Of a stretch of DNA of 64,000 nt, positions 23,890-37,192 are shown one piece after another. Origin of the DNA: Reclinomonas americana ATCC 50394 (Eukaryota); NCBI GenBank assembly GCA_048213135.1, contig PS015202.1:87795-151794 (forward strand), read 5' to 3'. Under the pieces are notes generated by a model. That model did not search any database and was not told where the DNA came from. It saw only the letters and a list, made by a program, of their open reading frames with translations. Both the position numbers and the translations under genes were made by a program. The first letter of the stretch is position 1. Each line of letters begins with the position of its first letter.

Positions 23890-25912
23890 GCGCAGCAAGT
23901 GCAAATGCAAGTGCCGGTGAAACTGGCCGACACGCCGGAGCAGATTTCGCTGCCGAAAACCGCACTTTCGCCACTGCCGCAGCGACCGCGCAGCAGCGCG
24001 TCTCGCGCATCCGAGGGACCGCGAGCACTGGCGGATTCACCGCTGCGGTTGCGTGTGGCGGCGGTGGCGCTGTCACCGCGGCTGGGCACTCCGTCGGACC
24101 CCTCGTCGCCCATGCTGGACGATGCGGCGTCGGCGAATTCGGCATTCAAGGCTGTGCTGTCACCCCGGAATGTGCAATTACTCTCCGCGTTTGGGTCGCC
24201 CCGACCGTTTGATCCGACTGCCGCATCTCCATTCAAGGAGTTGCCAATGGGCGACGGAAGCAGCACGGCGGCGTCCTCGCAGCAGCACTCCTTCCTGTAC
24301 ACACCATCGTCTGTGGCTTCGACCGCCAGCCATTCTTCTCGTCGCCTCTCCTCGGAAATCGTGAATCACAACAGCGTCGGCGCAAGTGGCAGCACCATCA
24401 AGGTGAAGTTTTCTCTTTCCGTGCCTGTGTTTTTTTGGGGGAGTGTATTTCTGTTGCTGATGTTACTGTGCGTGACACACAGGTGCCACCGCTGTTCGTA
24501 CCGGGAACCGGCGGCTCACTTGCTGGCGGCAACAACATTCCGTCGGCACTCCAGCGCGATGACCATCAGTTGCCGGTGTGTGTCCATACCTGGGTGTGTA
24601 TGTGTGCTATATGTGTATCTCTACAAGGTTGCACTCACTGACCGCCCCACCTCGTTTGTGTTACCCAGGCCAAGCGAACACTGTCGCCACCGAATCGGTC
24701 GAGCGGCTCCTCGGCCCACCCCATTGTGCCGCCACTGTTGTCGTTGCGCCAAGTCAGCGCCAACAACTCGCTCCTCAACAGCAGCACGTTGACGGAGGAC
24801 AGAGACAACGACCACTCGCTCGGCAACTCGCAGATCCACACCGGCTCCGATGAGTACGAGGATGCGTCGCCGAGGAGAAAACAGCGGACACCGCGCTCGC
24901 GGCCGAGCTCATCGCAGGTCACACCACGGGAGCGCAAGGCACTGACGCCACGTGAACGGAGCTCACGAATGGTCGGTCGCTCCAAAGTACGCGGTGGCGC
25001 CGGCGCCAACGATGCGATTGGACTGGAGATCGGTGATCGCGTCACGGCCACAGCCGACGCACGTCCGGGCACCATCCGTTTCATGGGCTACACCAAGTTC
25101 TCGGAGGGCTTTTGGATTGGCATTGAGCTCGACGAGCCCTGTTGCGTCACTTTTTACTTTTCCCCCTGTGCTGGTGTGTGATTTTATGTCTCTCACCGCC
25201 GACACACGCCCGGAGCAGTTGGCAAGAACGACGGCAAGGTCAGCAACACGCGCTATTTTTCGTGCCCGCCAATGTGCGGAGTGTTTGCACGTCCGTCGGC
25301 CGTCATTCTCTTGCGGAGAGAGTCGGTATGTGCTCGTTTGTTGTTGATTTTATTGGTTCGCAAGTACTGCCTCTTACGTGCATCTCTTTCAGGTGAGCGA
25401 TCGCGGCGCAAGTCCTAACCGAGCTGCGGCAGCACAAAGGTGTGCACTGTTGTTGTTTTTCCTTTGCTGTCTGTGCGGTACAACTTTCTCATTCGTGTGT
25501 GACGCAGACGCCCGAACAAGAGCCCCGGCAGATCTATCGCTGGCAATCCTGCTGTTGGAAGCAGCACACTCGAGAGTCCACGGTACGCGGTCACAGAAAC
25601 GCGCAGCATCATACTGCCCACCTCTTCGTCTCATTTGTGGTGCATGGCAGACTGCCCCGACTTTCCACCGAGAGACTAGTGTCGTACAGCAGTCCGCGGA
25701 GGGCGCCACACGAGCCACTGTCGGCTCGTGACGCGCCAACTGGTATTCCGTCACCGCGACGATTGGCACCCACGGCTCCGGCCACCACGCGACCGAGTGG
25801 CACTAGCGGCTCGTCGACAGTGGGCGCCACGGTCAGGAGACCTAGCGGGGCAGGCGGCGGCTCGATAACACCGCGAGAGCGATCGCTTGTTCGTGCGGGA
25901 ATCAAGCGTTGA
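22902..25912 (+). CDS. Coiled-coil, poly-A/poly-Q, CAP-Gly domain protein 2 (3' end approximate)
   Basis: MTTEVEELRSE...LLRSENKELRLELEQLK coiled coil, then a poly-Q tract. CAP-Gly domain LEIGDRVTATADARPGTIRFMGYTKFSEGFWIGIELDEP|FGKNDGKVSNTRYFSCPPMCGVFARPS. Confidence 0.78.
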
Positions 25913-26149
25913 TGGCATGTGTGTGTGAAAGAGAGAGAGAGAGAGCATTCCTGTGGGTGTGTGTGATTAGGAGGAGATATCACGGAGCGCCAAAATTGTA
26001 CGGACCCTTGTCTTTTTTTGTGATACATTAGACTCACACAAAATAGGTTGTTAACCACACCACTTCTGCACACATGAGTTAAAAAAAGAGAGTGGGATAC
26101 CACACGTCGTGAGCAAGAGATAGAGAAAGGAAGTTGATCATCATGCACA

Positions 26150-29100
26150 CGCCGGGCGGTCATCTCGGCTCGTCCTACCGACCGACCGCACCCCGTGTAG
26201 GCCGCCTCACCACTCTGTGTGTGCGGCACGGCGACAAGTAAGCATAATCTCGTCCACCCAACAATAATTTCAGCACGGCATTGCACGCAACGGTGGTGGG
26301 TTGGTGCCCGTGGTGCCTGCGGCGGTTGCCGAGCGCTGTCCAATACGTCTCCTGCAGATATGCACAGCTTAGCAAAGGCTACGCACTGCACGCCAGTGCA
26401 CATAAGGAAACGCACCGTGGGCTCTCGGCTTGTCCGCGCGCCACCATGGCCACGTTGACAGGCGATCGTCTCTTGTCGTGCAGCTGTGACAGTGCCGCTG
26501 GTACTGGCGCCACAAACTCCGGCGATTCTCGAGTGTTACTGGAGGAACGCAGTGGACTGCGTGTGGCTGGCCGTTGTGCACGTCTGCAAGCACACACACA
26601 CACCATATGAGACAGGAGAATGGCGGCGACAAGCCCTCCACACGGCACGTACCGAGGACTGGTAAGTGCCTCCACATCACGCGGCTGGTATTGATGGACT
26701 CGCGACGAGTGCGGCGGTGAGTTTCCACGCGGATTGCTCGACGGTCGCGGCGATCCCACCGGGCTGGTGGTGTCGCTGTATGAAGAGAGATGTGCGTCGT
26801 CAGCACAAAATGTAAACGGTGGTGCTTTTGTGCCTCTCTCACAAACACACCGAGGATTGCGCCGACTGGGGACGGCAGACGAGGAGCGTCGTGGTGGCGA
26901 GCTCTCACGGCGGCCGTTGCCGCTCGAGGATCCCGAGGCCGCCGCAACTGCACCCTCATCCGGCTGATCCCAGTACGGAATGACGCCCGACGGGCGGGCA
27001 AACACGCCGTGGAACATTTGGCACGTAAAGTAGCGCACGCCCTTGACTTTGCCGTCGTTCTTGCCATACGGTTTGTCGAGCTCAATGCCCACCCACAGAC
27101 CGTCGGCAAACTTGGTCGGCCCAACGTAGCGAATCGTTCCCAGCAAGAACTCTTGCGTCACTGTCACACGATCGCCGACTTCGAAATGGTGCACGCGGCT
27201 CGGATCGCTCATTGGCTGCACAGAACAAATCAGTACGCAGCGCGACAAGACAACGGCAACTGTGCATGATCGCAACGTCAATGCCTTCCGGAGTGCTGTT
27301 CCTCGATGAGCGGCCATCGGATGTGGTCGATCCCGGGCGGCTGCCACGGCGCGGTGGCGACATGCGACCGCCCGGACCGCCCGGACCTGGTGACTGCTGC
27401 CGAGTAGGACCACGGGCCGACTGTGGTACCATCACACCCGACGCCAGTGTCGAATCGGAGCGGGAACCGAAACTGCCACGCAGTGTCGAGGTCTCCGATC
27501 GCGTCGACCGGTTGGTCAACAAACCACCCTCGTCTTCGGCAATCCCGTCGTGCCCAACACCACCTCCGTACTCGGCCGACAGCACCGTGTCGTGCACTGG
27601 AATGACATGCGGCCGGCCAGGAATGCGCTGGAACGGGTGGTACTTGATCGGATTCGAGTAGGCACCAGAGGTTTCGTGCACGACGCGCTCGACACGCTCC
27701 AGTGAAGTCAGCTCGTGCTTGATTTCGAATCGCNNNNNNNNNNNNNNNNNNNNNNNNNNNNNNNNNNNNNNNNNNNNNNNNNNNNNNNNNNNNNNNNNNN
27801 NNNNNNNNNNNNNNNNNNNNNNNNNNNNNNNNNNNNNNNNNNNNNNNNNNNNNNNNNNNNNNNNNNNNNNNNNNNNNNNNNNNNNNNNNNNNNNNNNNNN
27901 NNNNNNNNNNNNNNNNNNNNNNNNNNNNNNNNNNNNNNNNNNNNNNNNNNNNNNNNNNNNNNNNNNNNNNNNNNNNNNNNNNNNNNNNNNNNNNNNNNNN
28001 NNNNNNNNNNNNNNNNNNNNNNNNNNNNNNNNNNNNNNNNNNNNNNNNNNNNNNNNNNNNNNNNNNNNNNNNNNNNNNNNNNNNNNNNNNNNNNNNNNNN
28101 NNNNNNNNNNNNNNNNNNNNNNNNNNNNNNNNNNNNNNNNNNNNNNNNNNNNNNNGGTCCCTGGTGCATGGCTGTCGGCGGATGGCGCTCGTAGCCGTCA
28201 GCCGCCGTGTCGACACTGTTGAGCACGTCCAGCGGCTCCACCGGCTCGGGGCGCGGCTCACGAGACGGCGACCGGCTCGCTCGTCGGTCGGTGGACGACG
28301 ATCGCTGGTGCACCGCTGGCTTCGTGTTCAGCGTCGGCAGTGGCCGCTGCTGCTGCGTGGGCGACGACGAGTGCTGCAACCGCGGCGATATCGCCGGCTG
28401 GAAGGCCGACGCTCCGCCAACGTCGTCGCGAGGGCTCACTGGCGATGTTGTGTCGCGCGGTGACAAGCCAATGAGACGTGGCGACTGCGGTCCAAGCGGC
28501 GGCTGGAACGACGGCATCGAAGACTCGTTGGCGGCAGGGCGCATCGGTCGCGGTGAAATGGCGTTCTTGGGCACCGTCGACAGATCGAGCGGCAAAATGA
28601 CAGCTGGGTTGCGTGACAGCGTGTCAGGCACACCGGGAGTGTTTTCAGATGGCGGTGGCCACCGTCCGGCGTTGCCTCCATTCGGCACATTCAACAGCGG
28701 CACATTGACACGCGTGGGCGAAGGCCGATTGTTGCCGGCTCCAATCGCGTCCAGTTGAGCCTTGAGCTCTGCATTGCGCTTCTTCAAGTCTGTGTTCTTG
28801 CGCTCCTCCTGTATACTCCGTCGTGTGAGATACACCATTATGTGCGCGACAGCAGCAGCAGCAACGCAACCTCCCGCAAGGAGTTCTCCAACTGCTGAAC
28901 GAGCTGATTGCTGGCTGCANNNNNNNNNNNNNNNNNNNNNNNNNNNNNNNNNNNNNNNNNNNNNNNNNNNNNNNNTTCAGCTGCTCCTGGCTCTTGCGCG
29001 ACTCGGCGTGCCTCTTGGCCTGGTTCTGCGCACGCACAACCTCATCCTGTGCTGTGCGCAACTCGGCTCGGAGATCCCAAATCTCATCGTGCAGATTAGA

Positions 29101-30863
29101 CAGGCTGTCCGCATTCGGCAGACTGCTGGTGGCCGAGCGTCGCAGTGCGTCATTGGTGCGCTCCACTTCCTCGCGCTTCATGCGCAGGTGCGCCACTTGG
29201 CCCTCCAGTTCGGCTATGCGGTCGGCAGCGGCGGCTGCGGCCGCCACGTCGGCTCTAAACGCGGCATTGCCACCAGCGTGCGAACCGATGGTGGGCGACG
29301 GGCCAGAGCGCGGAGTGAGGCCAGCTGCTTGGCGTGAGACCTCCTCCAGTCGCTTGCGCATCTCCGACAAGCGGCGGGAGAGCGACTCGTTCTGCTCCGT
29401 CAGCTGCGCATCAACGAAAGAAAACAAAACGGGGCGTGAGACACATTCATTTGTGGCGCGTCACACTGCGGAGCACACGCACCTCAATGTTCACCCGCTG
29501 CAGCTGCTGGACCACTGCACTGGCGTCGCTGTCCACCGACAGCGCGTGCAACTGTCGCGTCTCTTGCACGAGGCGCAGCAGTCGCTCATTCTCCTCCTGC
29601 AAGCGGTGCGCCTCACTGCCGGGTGGACCAACGTCGCCACTGCCGGAGCGACCGACTTGACCGCGCAGACGATCAATCTCCTCCTGACAGCGCAACAGTT
29701 CCATGCGCAGTTCCTGGTTCTGCAACGAATGGAAGAGGGGGANNNNNNNNNNNNNNNNNNNNNNNNNNNNNNNNNNNNNNNNNNNNNNNNNNNNNNNNNN
29801 NNNNNNNNNNNNNNNNNNNNNNNNNNNNNNNNNNNNNNNNNNNNNNNNNNNNNNNNNNNNNNNNNNNNNNNNNNNNNNNNNNNNNNNNNNNNNNNNNNNN
29901 NNNNNNNNNNNNNNNNNNNNNNNNNNNNNNNNNNNNNNNNNNNNNNNNNNNNNNNNNNNNNNNNNNNNNNNNNNNNNNNNNNNNNNNNNNNNNNNNNNNN
30001 NNNNNNNNNNNNNNNNNNNNNNNNNNNNNNNNNNNNNNNNNNNNNNNNNNNNNNNNNNNNNNNNNNNNNNNNNNNNNNNNNNNNNNNNNNNNNTGAGTGA
30101 AAAAAAGAGAAGTGGTCTCGCTTCAACTGCATCCATGATTGACGCAACTGCGCGGCGCAAGTCCTCCGGTGCACCACCAGCACCGCCACGAGATTGCTGC
30201 AACTGACCGCGCAACTTCTCCAGCTGCGAGTTGATTTCGAGGTTCTTCTGACGCAGCGCCAGCGAGTCCTTGATAACTGCCTCCATGTCGGCCCCTCGAT
30301 CCTGCTGCGACTTGTTGCGTTGCAGCGCCGCGTCCAGCTCGAGTGACAATTGCTGGTTCTCGGCCTGCAGCTGCGAGGCCTGATCGCGCAACACATGACC
30401 GTCGTTTTGCGCCAACTCCAGTTCGTGCTCCAGCTTCTCGCAATGCCCCTCCAGACGCCGCAAGTTCTTGTCGTAGTTGGTGCACTGTTTCTTGACCTCC
30501 ATCAGCTCCGTACGAAGGGCCTCCACCTCCCGCTCGCGCAGTGCCGCCGAGTCCTGCAGCACCTGAAACTCGGACTTGGTGCGCTGGATTTGCGAGGAGA
30601 GCGAGGCATTGATGCGTGCCAACTCTGCCTTCTCCCGGGTCGCTCGCTCCAACTGGCTACGCACATCCGCCAAGTGCGCATCCTCTGCGGCTCCCGGCGG
30701 CGGCACAGCAGCCTTGCGATTGAGGAACTCGATCTGACGCTTCGCCTTTTCGCAGTCGTCCTCCAACTGCAAAATCTTGTCGCGCATCTGCGAAATGTCG
30801 GCTGCATGACCAACAACAACGATAAGAGAATGTGAGCAACGCAGTGACTACAAACAAAGAATG

Positions 30864-30910
<47 letters not shown>

Positions 30911-32105
30911 TCGACTGCTCACCGTCATCAGTGTTCTTCTGTTCCCGAGCCGCAAACAACTCGCGTTCCAGCTGACGAATGCGATCCGCCTGCTGATCGG
31001 GTGGTGCGCGGGTGGCGGTGGAACTGCTCGTTGCCGCGGCCGCACGCAGCTGCTCGACTTGTGTGGCGAGTGCATCGCGCTGCTGCTTCATGTTCTCCAG
31101 CTCCTGCAACGTCTTCTCAAACATCTTCGTCTGCAACACTTGTCCGATGCGCGGATCGTTGCCACCGGCAGGCGTTGGCACACCGCCACCGCGAGTGACA
31201 GTGTTGGAGACTGAGCCTGCAGGCTCCGCGGCATCCGCAGCCGCCGAAGCACCAGCTGGCCTGGCCTCTGTGTGCGTACATGCGGCGATGAGATACAGTG
31301 TTGCACAGATCGCTGTAATATGCGCGCAGCAAAGCATTCACGCACCTGCGATTCCGGCAACACTGGCCACCACTGCGTCGTTGAGGAAGGAGCCCTCACC
31401 GCAACCGGTGAGAACCACGATTTCCCTGCGGTGCTTCGTGTTGACGAACACGAGGCCGTGAGAGTGTCGCGGGTCCGGCACCGCGCCCGTCACTTTCGGC
31501 CACTCCCACTTGTGCTTCGTCACGTTCAGAATCGCCACCTCGCTGTTGCACTCTTGCGCCTCGTTGGCGCCTCCAAACAGCATGAGCTGTGAATCCGAGA
31601 TGCGCACAATGCGATGCGAGTTGCGCGGTGACGGAGGAATGCCGTCGAGTCGCAGCTCGCTCCACGTCATGGTCTTGAGGTCGAGGCGGAAAACGTCGTT
31701 GAAGTGTGTCTTCAGGTCGGTGCCTCCCACAATGTACAGCGAATCGCCAATCACCGCAGCGTCGTGATTGCCTCGCGGCGCCGGCGGCTGTCCGATGACT
31801 TCAGGCGATCCCCATCTGCACATGCCTGTGCGGAGGAGCCTGTGAGCGCGCAGAGAGAAAAGANNNNNNNNNNNNNNNNNNNNCACACAGGCACGCACGC
31901 ATACACACACATAGAGCAACACACAGAGGCACGGAGAGAGGGGATACCGTGTGCACAGAGCGTAACGGCCATGACACGCACTTTGACGCAAAGACACACA
32001 ACACAGAACATCGCACAGACAAGAATGCGCAACTGTGCAGACGCCCGCGGCCTGGCGCGGCTCAGGCGGCTCGCCATCAAAGTCGCGCGTCTCCCACTGC
32101 AACAT
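26150..32105 (-). CDS. Kelch-repeat, long coiled-coil and CAP-Gly protein 3 (spans gaps; ends approximate)
   Basis: Kelch repeats GEPPEPRQAA, GQPPAPRGNHDAAVIGDSLYIVGG, GIPPSPRNSH..LMLFGG and GAVPDPRHSH (31.3-32.1 kb). Coiled coil at 28.7-31.2 kb. CAP-Gly domain FEVGDRVTV..GTIRYVGPTKFADGLWVGIELDKPYGKNDGKVKGVRYF (27.0-27.2 kb). Confidence 0.6.
30865..30907. repeat. (CA)n microsatellite in an intron
   Basis: Read directly from the sequence. Confidence 0.95.
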
Positions 32106-32154
32106 CGATTTTGTGACAGTGAGTGGCAGGACAAAACAGAAATGCACTCTGGCG

Positions 32155-35100
32155 ATGAGTGAGCAACGCGCGGCCTTTGTGCGCGCTCTCTCGCGACACG
32201 TGCATCGCTGTCACGAGCATCAACTGCAACAACAACAGCAGCAGCAGCAGGCAGCACCACTGCAGCAGCCACAAGAAGAAGAGGAAGATGATGTGTGGTG
32301 GCGATCTCCCTGGCAACGTCTGCAGAGGTGTGTGTATGTATGCTCTCTCATTTCCACGCGGTCACTGACAGTGGAAAGTGGGGATAACCCCCCGCAGGTG
32401 GGCGCATTGGGTGTGGACTGGTCGTGAGGATTCTCTGCCCGCAGCTGCGTTGCCGTCCACAGTGACGACAACAGCAACGACGACTGCTGCAGTGGCTGTG
32501 TCGTCGACGCTGGAAGACAAGGCGCGAGTGACACTCGAGTTGCGACGAGTGCTGCAGGGCATGGGCGGTGGCCGACTGGCGCGTCGTGTGCAGCTGCTCG
32601 AGTTGCAGCTGCTGTCGCAGGTGGCGCTGCAGTATGTGCCCGCGTTGCGGTTTGTTGAAGTCTCTCTCTGTGTGTGTGGCTGTCTGCGCAGACTAGAGAC
32701 TGACGCGCTCCCGTGCAGGCCGCAAGTGGCGCGTCTGGTGCAACTCGTGGATTCCGCGTCGAGATCGCCAACCGTGCCCGCAGCAGCAGCAGCACCACGG
32801 CAGCAACAGCAGAAGCAGCATCGTCATGTTCCGCGACGGAGTTCCGAAAGTGCGCCGTCGCAGCTGTCGTTTGTGGTGTCGCCTCGAGCGCACATGGAGC
32901 AGCTGTTGTTCGGGCGCAGCGACACTCATGTGTCGGTGGAGAGCGCGGTGCCGGTGACTCCGACACTGGAGCGCAGTGGCGATGTGGGCGTTGGTGTGGG
33001 AGTGCGCGATTTGCGGACTGATGGCGTCGAGGGTCCAGCCGTGTTTATGCCGTTGCCACTGTCGGTNNNNNNNNNNNNNNNNNNNNGCTTGCTGCCATCG
33101 AGTCTGAGGATGCTTACGATCCGGCGGTGGGTGCTGCGCAGTGCGAGACTCTTTCTCTCTCTCTCTCTGACATTCCCGACTCCAGGTGCGACCAAAGAGT
33201 CCACTTTCGCCGCTGTCGGCGAGCAGCTTGCCGCGAACGGCGTCCTCGGTGTCGATGGGCTCGCCTGTCATGTGATTACTGAGTTGCCTGCGCTGTTCGT
33301 TCGGCGGTGTTTTCTTTGCATGCGCGGTGCCGCGCACTCACACTCCCCGTAACACAGACCTGCTCTGACGGCCGAGCCGGTGGCCGCCAGTCGACGGCGA
33401 CAGCAGCAGCAGCAGCCGCAGCAGCAGTCGAGCGTGAAAATTGTCGACATTGATGAGCTCCGACGTCACGCTCGTGCCCGTGTCGCTGCCACTCGCCGCC
33501 CGCCTGCAGCTCGCGGCATTGCCCCTCCGGCCACCTTGCCGACATTGCCTGCCCCCTCAGCAGCAGCGACGGCAGCAGCACCTTTATCAACTCCACTGGC
33601 GCAGCCCGCGACCGAGGACACAGAGGACGACGAGGCAGCGGTGGGTGAGGCCTTGGATCCGGGAGCCCCGATTGTGCGTTGGCTGAGCGCGGGGCCTCTG
33701 GGACCGCCATCGTGGTCTCTCCGTGGTCTAGCTTCGTGGTTCCTCGGCTCACAGCTGCCTCGTGGTGGCACTCACCGGGCCATTGGCTTGTTGGAGAACG
33801 ACATCGCACGAGCGCGTGGGGAGGCTGGCAACAGCATTATCGTTCAACAGGGGTTGCCTGTTGTTCCCGACGATGTGGGACCTCTGCCCACTGGCAACCC
33901 GCTGGTCACCCGCACCACGCTGCACCACGGTACATTTGGGTACGGCCGATTCGAGCTGTTGGAGAGTGAGCAGCAGGCCGTCGAAGCGTTGGTGGGCGGT
34001 GGTGGCGGTCTGCAGCAGCTACTGCGTGGACCTGAGCAGGGTGTTGATGTGTTGCGGCGAGTGCTCGCACGTTCCACGGCACCACTGCAGGTAAGCCACA
34101 CACACACACACACAGCAAACATCTCTTTTTCTTGCTCGCAGCTGTGTCTCACAACCGCGCTTCAATCCAACAGCGATTGACGCGGCTTCTGAAAAGCGGA
34201 CAGCGATTAAAGTCAGACCGTCTCGTCGGCGCTGGCTCGCAACTGAGTGACGACGAAAACAACGGCGAAGTGCGCCTGGCACAGCGCCTGGCGGACGAGT
34301 CGGTGGCGGAGACCGCGGAGTCGTCTGTGGCACTGCTGCCGCCCGAGCCGGTGGGTTCCAGTCTTGTCATGTCTACTCCGCGCTCTATCGCAGAGGTTCT
34401 ACCTGCTGCGCTGGCGGCGAACAAGCGGTGAGCACACTGGCCTTGCGCGTGTTTTGTTTTCGTTGACTGAACAATTTTTTTGAGCGACGATAGAGTTCTG
34501 GCTGAGAGTGCGTCGCCGCTGGTGCGGGTGTATGAGCTGGATGGAGGCGAGCCTGCGGTGGCACACCAGCAACAGAGAGTTGCAGCGGCTCGACACTCGT
34601 GGGTGGCAGTGGACGCGGTTCAAGACGCGCAGCGGGCGCTCCGAGAGACAGACGGCGCAATGGTGGAAACCAGTGACACGCCGCTGCCACATCGTGCGCT
34701 TGCGCAATGGGGTGACTCACAGCGGACATTGTGGGCACGGTTGCGCCGCACTGCTCTTGTGGAGACCGTGGAGGAGCTGGCAGCACAGAGTGCGATTGTG
34801 GTGTCGCCACAGCTTGCAGCAGTCGTGTCTCTGGCTCGCGTTGCGACAACGGCTGAAACCGATGTTGTTGTGCGTGCTGCGCCGTCGTCGCAGACGTTTG
34901 AACGGGGTGACGTGCAACTGAGACACATGGCCGAATTCCTTGAGCAGCGTTCTGCAGCTCGAGGAGCGCAGGAGGGTGCGCTGCCTGTTGACGGCGATTT
35001 GCGTGCGCCCGGGAGTGGAGGACAATTGTTCCGTGCTGCGCAGTTGGGTGTTCACGCGCGGGAGGAACCATCATCGTCGTCGTCGTCGTCGTCGGCAGGT

Positions 35101-37192
35101 GATCGTCTTCTCGCGCGGCTGAACTGGGAGCAGGAGTTGGAGCGCCTGGACGAGGCTTTCGACGCGCTCAATGCGGATGCACGACGAGCGCTGCTGACGC
35201 AGGCCGAGGGACTCGATGTGTCTGTTCGTGACCGACTTCGCCAGTACGCGCAGTTGCGAGGGTTTCGCGCCGAGGCCATGCGACGAGATCCGCGTTTACG
35301 CGACTGGCGCTCCTTGTCGCTGCAGCAGAAACAAAGCGTGGCGCAAGAGTACGCACGGACGATGCGTCGAGTGCAAGCCGACGGCACCGCCGACGAGCAG
35401 GCGTACGAAGTCGATCTGGTGATGGGTTCCACGCGTCGCGCCCAGCAGGCGCAGGTGGCCGAATCGCTGCAGTTGCTGGCTGCACGTATGGAGGCCGTGC
35501 TTGCGACCACACAAGATGTGCCCGCTGCCGCAGCAGCCGGTGCCGAGAGCGATGAAAGTGCAGAAGTGGAGCAGGAGGTGAGACGATTTCTCGTGGAGTC
35601 GGCGGCGCGCCGTGATCGCCTCCTTCGTGCCGGCGAGTGGGGAGCGCGAGAGGACGCTTCCGTGCGACGGCAGTTCATGCCGCCTGGTGCCTCGTTTCAG
35701 CGCCCGGCGCAGCCCAGTGGTCTTGTGGTGCCCGGCGTCGTCGATCAGCACAGCGTCACTGAGCAGCAGCGTCGTCGTGAGATGCGCGAGTATGCCGCCG
35801 CAGTGCTGACGGATCAAGACCTGATCGCTGTGGCGCAACGCGTGACTCGCATTCAGCAACAGTATCTGGTGGGCGAAAGCTCCGCACGACTGACGGTGGA
35901 GCAGTACGAGCTCATGGAACGCGTGTACTGTCGCAAGGTCGCCGAGTTGCAGCAACGACTTGCTGCCGTCCACAGTACTCTGCAACGAGTGCCGGTCGCG
36001 CAGCCAGTGCAGCAACTGCTGTTGCAATTGGTGCGCGAAGTGGGTCCCTACCCACAACAGCGGCAGTATCGCGTGGTGGAGAGCAGGGTGCAGCAGGCGC
36101 CGCTAGGTGAGCTCACAGGCAGCCCGGTGCAATGGGAAGAGTTGCGCGGCGCGGTTGCCAGGAGGTTGCGCGAGGCGGCTGATCGACCCGCGAGCGCGGG
36201 ACCACAGGTGAGAGCACTGTGTGTTGCCAGTTGTCTTGTGCAGCTCTTGCGACACGAGGCGCTGAAGAAAAATGCGTGCTTGTGATGATGCAGTGGTCGC
36301 TCGAAGAGTGGCTGTGGGTGGAGGGCATCGGTGCCTTCTTTCGTGCCCAGGCACATGTTGGAACGCCAGTGTTTCCCGACCAGGTTTGGCCCTCGGTGCC
36401 GCAGTTGCTGCAGCTGCTGCGCGTGCAACAGCAACTTTTGCGCTTGGATCATCCTGTATTCGTGCGCCCAACATCTCCTGCCTCGGCGACAAGTGTCAGC
36501 AGTGTGTTGTGCGCGGACACGTGGCTGCTTCCCGAGTCTCTCCGCACGTTTATGCCTCTACAGCAACTTGTGCCTCCACCACCGCGCGAGAAACCACCGC
36601 CACCGCCGCCGCCACCGCCACCGCCACCGGTACGATTTTTGTTTGAGGTTGACTTTCCTGTTTTCGTTGTTTCTTGACTAATTCTTTACTGTTTATGTTG
36701 CAGCCACCTCCACCTCCTCCACCACCACCGCCACCGCCACCGCCTCCACCCGCGCTTCCCCCACCACCACCGCCACCACCACCGCCGCCGCCGGTACGAT
36801 TACGCGGCATACTCTTAATGCAGCTCGCTTTCCCTCTGTTTCTGGAAACACTGACACGAATCTGCAGCCACCACCACCTCCTCCACCACCGCCGCCACCG
36901 CCGCCGCCACCACCACCGCCACCACCACCACCACCACTTCCACCGCCACCGCCACCGCCGGTGAGTTGTTTCTGTTTCTATATACATGTCGTGTCGGTCT
37001 TTCCATTCTGAGAGTGTTCGGAATATGAAAAATCTCTCCGTGCAGCCTCCGCCTCCGCCGCCAAGGCCCGTGACTCCGCGACCGGAGTATATTCCTGATC
37101 GTGCTGCAGAGGTCACCGATGCTGTGGAGTATGCGGAGCCGTTGTTGCGCGAACTCGATCGTCGTGTGTTTGGCGATCGACCAGCAGCGTGA
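32155..37192 (+). CDS. Large uncharacterised protein with a C-terminal polyproline tract
   Basis: Long open exons (33380-34090 and 34495-36207) on one strand with GT-AG joins. Polyproline exons lie at 36590-37070, and the protein ends ...ELDRRVFGDRPAA*. Confidence 0.6.

Noticed and set aside
32155-37192. Formin or WASP assignment from the polyproline tract
   Set aside because: Only ~40 aa follow the tract, with no FH2, WH2 or acidic motif.
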